64,000 nucleotides of DNA, taken from NCBI GenBank assembly GCA_964427415.1, contig CAYRUH010000006.1, positions 7,426 through 71,425 of the forward strand. The letters run 5' to 3'. Both the position numbers and the translations under genes were made by a program. The notes under the pieces are model-generated. The model saw nothing but the letters and a program-made list of their open reading frames with translations. It ran no database searches and was not told where the DNA came from. This DNA is from an uncultured Woeseiaceae bacterium (GTDB lineage Bacteria; Pseudomonadota; Gammaproteobacteria; Steroidobacterales; Woeseiaceae). How positions within the stretch are numbered: position 1 is the stretch's first letter; each line of letters starts with the position of its first letter. Of the stretch, positions 59,510 to 64,000 are shown piece after piece.

Positions 59510-60705
59510 AAGCCCCATATCTGCCGATAATCGGGGTCATCGCTCTCGCCGCCGCCTGTGGCGGGGCCGGTGACAAGGATCGGGCGCGATACGTCGCTGC
59601 CTGCATCGCCGGTGGCGATACGGAAACCGAGTGCGCCTGTCAGGGCGATACGCTCCTGGGCCAGCTCGACGAGCCGACCTTTACCGCGCTCGCTGACTTC
59701 GCCGAGGGCATGGCCGAAGCGAGCGCTGACGCCCAGGGCCGGATCGCCATGGGCGCGCTGACCAATCCGCAGCTGGTGTCCGCGCTCGATAAGACGGAAG
59801 CGGCGGCGCGGACCTGCAAACAGGCAGCGGCACTGGAAGCGGCCAGGGCCGAGGTCATCGCGATCGAGGCGGTGCGGGAGCAGCGCCGCAAGCAGGCTGC
59901 CGCACGCAAGTGCCCGCATACGCCTGCCATGGGTCCGCTGCTGCCGGGCATGCCGGTGCATGATGTGGCGGATCTGCGCCCGGGCATGAGCTTCGAGGAT
60001 GTGGAAGCCGTGCTCGAGTGCCGCGGCAATATTCTCAGCTTCGACGTCGCCGAGAGCTGGGTGCGCAAGACTCAGGGCCTGGCCACGCGGCAGCTGCTGC
60101 GCGCGGCGGATGGCGACATCTGTCCGGCCGAGGCGCGGATCGCAGGCGGCGAGGCCTGCGAGGACGGCGGCTACGACTTCGAGCCGCTGCAGAATGTCGG
60201 CGAGGAGTTCATGGTGGCTTTCACGGGTCTGCCGCAAGCAGAGCGTGCGGGGATCATCTGGCGGCGAACGGTTTTTTCCGCCGACGAGTATCCGACCGTC
60301 TCGTCACTGCGCGAAGCACTGACCGCCAAATACGGGCAGCCGCATCTGGCGGCGAATCAGGAGGGCTATTACAGCCCGGGCCACCGTCGCGGCTCGCTGA
60401 CCTATAGCTGGGTCTATGACCCGTCGCAACGGCCGATCCCGGATAGCGACGGCACCCTTCGCTCCCGTTGCGTGAGTGGTCCGCGCCCGACATTCGAGCG
60501 TCAGATGAGCTGGAATACCGGCTGCGGTATCACCGTGCGAGCCGAGATCATGCCGGCACCGGGGAATACGGTACTCGCCAGCGAACTGAATGTCGTGGTC
60601 GTGGACCAGAAGCGCTTCAATGATGCCGTGGGTCAGTTCGACGTCGATCTGAAAGCGGCCGTGGAGGCCCAGCACGCAGGCAAGGGGGCGGCGCCGGATC
60701 TCTGA
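59506..60705 (+). CDS. hypothetical Cys-rich lipoprotein
   Basis: 399-aa ORF. Lipobox VIALAAAC. Ten further cysteines are spread through the mature part. No family recognised. Confidence 0.65.
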   Translation: MKAPYLPIIGVIALAAACGGAGDKDRARYVAACIAGGDTETECACQGDTLLGQLDEPTFTALADFAEGMAEASADAQGRIAMGALTNPQLVSALDKTEAAARTCKQAAALEAARAEVIAIEAVREQRRKQAAARKCPHTPAMGPLLPGMPVHDVADLRPGMSFEDVEAVLECRGNILSFDVAESWVRKTQGLATRQLLRAADGDICPAEARIAGGEACEDGGYDFEPLQNVGEEFMVAFTGLPQAERAGIIWRRTVFSADEYPTVSSLREALTAKYGQPHLAANQEGYYSPGHRRGSLTYSWVYDPSQRPIPDSDGTLRSRCVSGPRPTFERQMSWNTGCGITVRAEIMPAPGNTVLASELNVVVVDQKRFNDAVGQFDVDLKAAVEAQHAGKGAAPDL

Positions 60706-60710
60706 TCCGG

Positions 60711-60730
60711 CCTCGCCGCGGCCGCGGCGA
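60711..60730 (+). terminator. perfect 20-nt GC-rich palindrome (possible transcript-end hairpin, no U-tract)
   Basis: CTCGCCGCGG/CCGCGGCGAG begins 6 nt after the lipoprotein stop. Not a canonical intrinsic terminator. Confidence 0.3.
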
Positions 60731-60957
60731 GCGGCTCCTGCGAAAAAACGGAGTTTCCGGGCGCTTCTAATGGGATCCTCCGGCTTGCGAAAATGTACGA
60801 TGACGCTCGGCCGGAGGATCAACCCGCCAGCAGTGCCGGTCTCAGGGCGATTTCCAGCGGTATCATGTGAGCGAGTTTTTCCGCCGCCTCCGGATCGTGA
60901 TTATCGCGGCACTGCAACCGATCGATCAGCGTGCCTTAATCGTCTCCCAGCCCAACG

Positions 60958-61404
60958 TCATCGCCTTGCCCGGAATGCGTTGAATAAACGTATGCTACCG
61001 AGCAGTACGAATGGAAGACCTGTGACAGCAAATAGGGTTGCTTTAGCCCAAAGCCGGAGGAAGGAGGCCACGATTGGCGGACGTTGATCAAGTGGGTCGT
61101 AGCGCACGGAGATGCTTTCACCGATCTCGTAGAGCCGGCCCCCTGCGCCTACCTGGCTCGTAAAGCGCCGCGCACGACCAGCCTGGTCGGTGAACTCCAC
61201 AACGGGGTAGTACAGCAGCGCTGACACCTTGCTGGGCGCCGACTCGTAGCCGGATTCATAATCGACAACGATACCCGGTACCGCCTTCATTCCATCCAGT
61301 AGGTCGGCAGATGCGGTCCATGCCTGCAGCGCATGGTACCAGGGGACCAGACCGACCATTAAGAGGATCAAGGGCGGTAGAACACGTCGATTATTTTCGT
61401 CCAT
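60958..61404 (-). CDS. DUF3592-like membrane protein (TM - beta domain - TM)
   Basis: 148 aa from the internal ATG 61404 (MDENNRRVLPPLILLMVGLVPWY...YYPVVEFTD...RYDP...). Upstream track codons are Arg/Pro-rich and overlap the cysteine-synthase 3' end. Confidence 0.55.
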   Translation of the reverse strand: MDENNRRVLPPLILLMVGLVPWYHALQAWTASADLLDGMKAVPGIVVDYESGYESAPSKVSALLYYPVVEFTDQAGRARRFTSQVGAGGRLYEIGESISVRYDPLDQRPPIVASFLRLWAKATLFAVTGLPFVLLGSIRLFNAFRARR

Positions 61405-61583
61405 GTGTAGTCCTGTAGCCCAACGAACCGGCTTATCGATAAAGGCCATTGGACGTCTTCCGTGACGTCTCCTGCAATTCGCTCCCGATACCGATATCTC
61501 CGGCGGCGCCGTCGCCACCCGTGGCCGCGCAGCTCTCTTCTTTGAGCGAAATGTACCGAGGTTCGCCCCCTGAATGATCAATA

Positions 61584-61605
61584 TAGTAGGGCCTTCAGGC
61601 CCGAT
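61584..61605. repeat. REP-like hairpin, 21/22 identical to 40216..40237, same orientation
   Basis: TAGTAGGGCCTTCAGGCCCGAT. The TTCA loop carries the (reverse-strand) TGA stop of the cysteine-synthase-like gene, and the stem encodes its last residues D-R-A. Confidence 0.75.
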
Positions 61606-62611
61606 CCCGCCGTCCGTCCAGCCACTCCGGCAGCGACAGCCCCTTGGACTCCAGATAGGCGCCGTTGAACAGCCGCTCGCGGTAGCGCATGGCGCCGTCG
61701 CAGAGGACTGTGACGATAACGTGACCCGGACCCAGCTCACGCGCCATGGCCATGGCTCCGCCCACATTGATGCCGCTGGAACCGCCGAGCACGAGGCCTT
61801 GCTGGCGGATCATGTCGTAGACCAGCGGGATGGCTACTTCATCCGTTATGCGGTAGGCCAGGTCGATGGCGGCGCCTTCGAGATTGGCGGTGATGCGCGA
61901 GTTGCCGATACCCTCGGTAATGGAGCTGCCTTCGATCTTTATCTCACCGTTCCTGTAGAGCTCGTACAGCCCGGAGCCGCCCGGATCGGCCAGGCCGATC
62001 TTCACCTCCGGTTTGCACGCCTTCAGATACTGCGACACGCCGGCCAGCGTGCCGCCGGTGCCGACGGCGCAGATGAAAGCGTCCATTTCGCCGTCGGTCT
62101 GGTCCCAGATCTCCGGGCCGGTGGTCTCGGCGTGGAAGTCCCGGTTGGCGGTGTTGTCGAACTGGTTCGGCCAAAAGGCACTGCCCGGCTCCCGCGCGTT
62201 CATCTCCTCGGCCATGCGGCCGGAGACGTGGACGAAGTGGTTGGGGTCGCGAAAGGGCACGGCGGGGATGAGCCTGACGTCGGCGCCGTAGGTGCGCAGC
62301 GTGTCGATCTTCTCTTTGCTCTGGGTGTCCGGCATGACGATGATGCTCGGATGCCCCAGTGCATTGCCGACCATGGCCAGCCCGATACCGGTGTTGCCTG
62401 CCGTGCCCTCGATGATGGTGCCGCCGGGCTTCAGCTCGCCGGTGGCCTGGGCACGGCGCACCATGCCGAGCGCAGCGCGGTCTTTCACCGAGCCGCCCGG
62501 GTTCATGAACTCGGCCTTGCCGAGGATCTCGCAGCCGGTTTCCTCGGACGCCCGGTTCAGCCGAATCAGGGGCGTCGCGCCGATGGCGTCGATGAGCTGC
62601 CGCGCGTCCAT
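61595..62611 (-). CDS. cysteine synthase / O-acetylserine sulfhydrylase-like PLP enzyme (fold-type II, no CBS domains)
   Basis: 338-aa ORF. NPGGSVKDR, TAGNTGIGLA and GTGGTLAGV motifs. Confidence 0.85.
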   Translation of the reverse strand: MDARQLIDAIGATPLIRLNRASEETGCEILGKAEFMNPGGSVKDRAALGMVRRAQATGELKPGGTIIEGTAGNTGIGLAMVGNALGHPSIIVMPDTQSKEKIDTLRTYGADVRLIPAVPFRDPNHFVHVSGRMAEEMNAREPGSAFWPNQFDNTANRDFHAETTGPEIWDQTDGEMDAFICAVGTGGTLAGVSQYLKACKPEVKIGLADPGGSGLYELYRNGEIKIEGSSITEGIGNSRITANLEGAAIDLAYRITDEVAIPLVYDMIRQQGLVLGGSSGINVGGAMAMARELGPGHVIVTVLCDGAMRYRERLFNGAYLESKGLSLPEWLDGRRDRA

Positions 62612-62625
62612 GGCGATGTCCTTCC

Positions 62626-63711
62626 TCAGTGCCCGGTGAGTGCCGCGAGCTGGTCGGCCTGATATTCGCGGGTGAGCGGGTCGATGATCGGCTCCAGGCT
62701 GCCTTGCAGCACTTCGTCCAGTTTATAAAGCGTCAGGTTGATGCGATGGTCCGTCACCCGGCCCTGGGGATAGTTGTAGGTGCGGATGCGCTCGGAGCGG
62801 TCGCCGGATCCCACCAGGAGCTTGCGGGTCTCGGCCCGTTCGGTGGCCAGCACCTCTTCCTCGGCGGCCACCAGCTTCGCCTGCAGCAGAGCCAGCGCCC
62901 GCGCCCGATTCTTGTGCTGGGAGCGTTCGTCCTGACATTCCACCACGATGCCGCTGGGCAGGTGGGTGATGCGCACCGCGGAGTCGGTCTTGTTCACGTG
63001 CTGGCCGCCGGCGCCGGACGCCCGGTAGGTATCCACGCGGAGGTCCGAGGGGTTTATCTCGATCTCGCCTACTTCCTCTGCCTCGGGCAGGACGGCAACC
63101 GTGCAGGCGGAAGTGTGGATGCGGCCCTGGGATTCGGTCTCCGGCACCCGCTGCACGCGGTGGGCGCCGGACTCGAACTTCATCTGCGCGTATACATTGC
63201 GGCCGCTCACCTTGCAGATGAGTTCCTTGTAGCCGCCTTGCTCGCCCTCGCTGGCAGAGAGCACCTCGATGCGCCAGCCTTTCGTCTCGGCGTAGCGCGA
63301 GTACATGCGGAACAGGTCACCGGCGAAGATGGCGGCCTCGTCGCCGCCGGTGCCGGCGCGTATCTCGAGATAGGCGTCGCTCTCGTCCTTCGGGTCTTTC
63401 GGTACCAGGGCCAGTTCGAGTTCGCGCTCGAGAGTCTCGCGTTCGGCCTCCAGCCGTTCGGCTTCCTCGCGGCCCATCGCCCGCATGTCGGCGTCGGCAT
63501 CCTTCGCCATCTCCTCCGCCGCGGCCAGGTCGTCGACGAGGTCACGGTAGCGTCGGAACAGCGTCATTACCGGCTCCAGCTGCGCGTACTCTTTGGAATA
63601 GTCACGGAAGCGGTCCTGCGTCGCGATGACGTCGCGGTCGGCGAGCAGCCCGGCGAGTTCCTCGAACCGGTCGGCGAGACCCTGGAGCTTTTGTTCGATG
63701 CTGGCTTTCAC
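62626..63711 (-). CDS. prfA: peptide chain release factor 1
   Basis: 361-aa ORF. Contains the PET (PxT-class) tripeptide in [10 protein letters not shown] and the GGQ motif ([11 protein letters not shown]). Confidence 0.95.
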   Translation of the reverse strand: MKASIEQKLQGLADRFEELAGLLADRDVIATQDRFRDYSKEYAQLEPVMTLFRRYRDLVDDLAAAEEMAKDADADMRAMGREEAERLEAERETLERELELALVPKDPKDESDAYLEIRAGTGGDEAAIFAGDLFRMYSRYAETKGWRIEVLSASEGEQGGYKELICKVSGRNVYAQMKFESGAHRVQRVPETESQGRIHTSACTVAVLPEAEEVGEIEINPSDLRVDTYRASGAGGQHVNKTDSAVRITHLPSGIVVECQDERSQHKNRARALALLQAKLVAAEEEVLATERAETRKLLVGSGDRSERIRTYNYPQGRVTDHRINLTLYKLDEVLQGSLEPIIDPLTREYQADQLAALTGH

Positions 63712-63736
63712 GGGGGGGCCGTCGCTGCGGCCGGGC

Positions 63737-64000
63737 TCAGGAACGGTTCTTTTTGTCGTCGTTCAGGCCGAAGAGTTCCCGGGCCGAGAGCATGATGGCC
63801 TCGTCGGACTCCTCGCCGGCCTGGCGCAGCCGCTCGCTGGGCTTGTGCAGCATCTTGTTCATCAGCGTGGAGGCCAGGTACTGGAGCGCGGCTTCCGGGT
63901 CGCCGCTGTTGGCCAGCCGTCGTATCGCCTGTTCGAGCACCTCCTGCTTCAGCACCTCTCCGCGGCCACGGATGGACTTGATGAGGGGCACGGCGTCCAG
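63737..64000 (-). CDS. hemA: glutamyl-tRNA reductase, C-terminal part (gene continues past the right edge)
   Basis: The C-terminal dimerisation helix sequence ...[41 protein letters not shown] is typical of HemA. Conserved hemA-prfA order. Confidence 0.8.
   Translation of the reverse strand: MDAVPLIKSIRGRGEVLKQEVLEQAIRRLANSGDPEAALQYLASTLMNKMLHKPSERLRQAGEESDEAIMLSARELFGLNDDKKNRS

Overview
High-G+C bacterial chromosome segment. Gene content and order look gammaproteobacterial (Pseudomonas/Xanthomonadales-like blocks), but I cannot name the organism. About 0-40 kb is conserved core, listed here in coordinate order. It starts with a kynurenine-branch trio (ACMSD, 3-hydroxyanthranilate dioxygenase, RidA). 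Next is the classical apaH-apaG-rsmA-pdxA-surA-lptD block, then divergent amgK-murU. A long colinear minus-strand cell-wall cluster follows (lipB-ybeD-dat-dacA-rlpA-mltB-rodA-mrdA-mreD-mreC-mreB). After that come gatCAB, hslO, a methionine-cycle cluster (SahR-like regulator, metF, metH, a second homocysteine methyltransferase), a few small membrane or regulator genes, moeB-ppiB-prmC, and a cystathionine beta-synthase/gamma-lyase pair. About 40.2-61.6 kb is a mosaic accessory segment bracketed by two near-identical 22-nt REP-like hairpins. It contains two convergent genes truncated and fused tail to tail, several small membrane proteins, LysE and a large TPR protein. It also contains a visibly A+T-richer block (about 46.5-55.9 kb) that I read as a decayed chromosomal integron. 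The evidence for that is three to four attC-like sites separating small co-oriented ORFs, and an integron-integrase N-terminal remnant in the expected divergent orientation. An IS4-family transposase pseudogene and two IS1380-family derivatives also lie in this block. The two IS1380 derivatives bracket a 5.8-kb cargo module (PAP2/vanadium-haloperoxidase-like protein, GNAT, RCC1-repeat lipoprotein, HxlR regulator). Next to it sits a winged-helix + Ser/Thr-kinase + TM + TPR hybrid regulator. It has an 11-bp-phased direct repeat in its divergent promoter, facing a membrane-protein/lipoprotein pair. The window ends with a cysteine-synthase-like gene, prfA and the 3' end of hemA. No rRNA, tRNA or CRISPR array was recognised by eye. 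All family assignments are from reading the translations. No searches were run.
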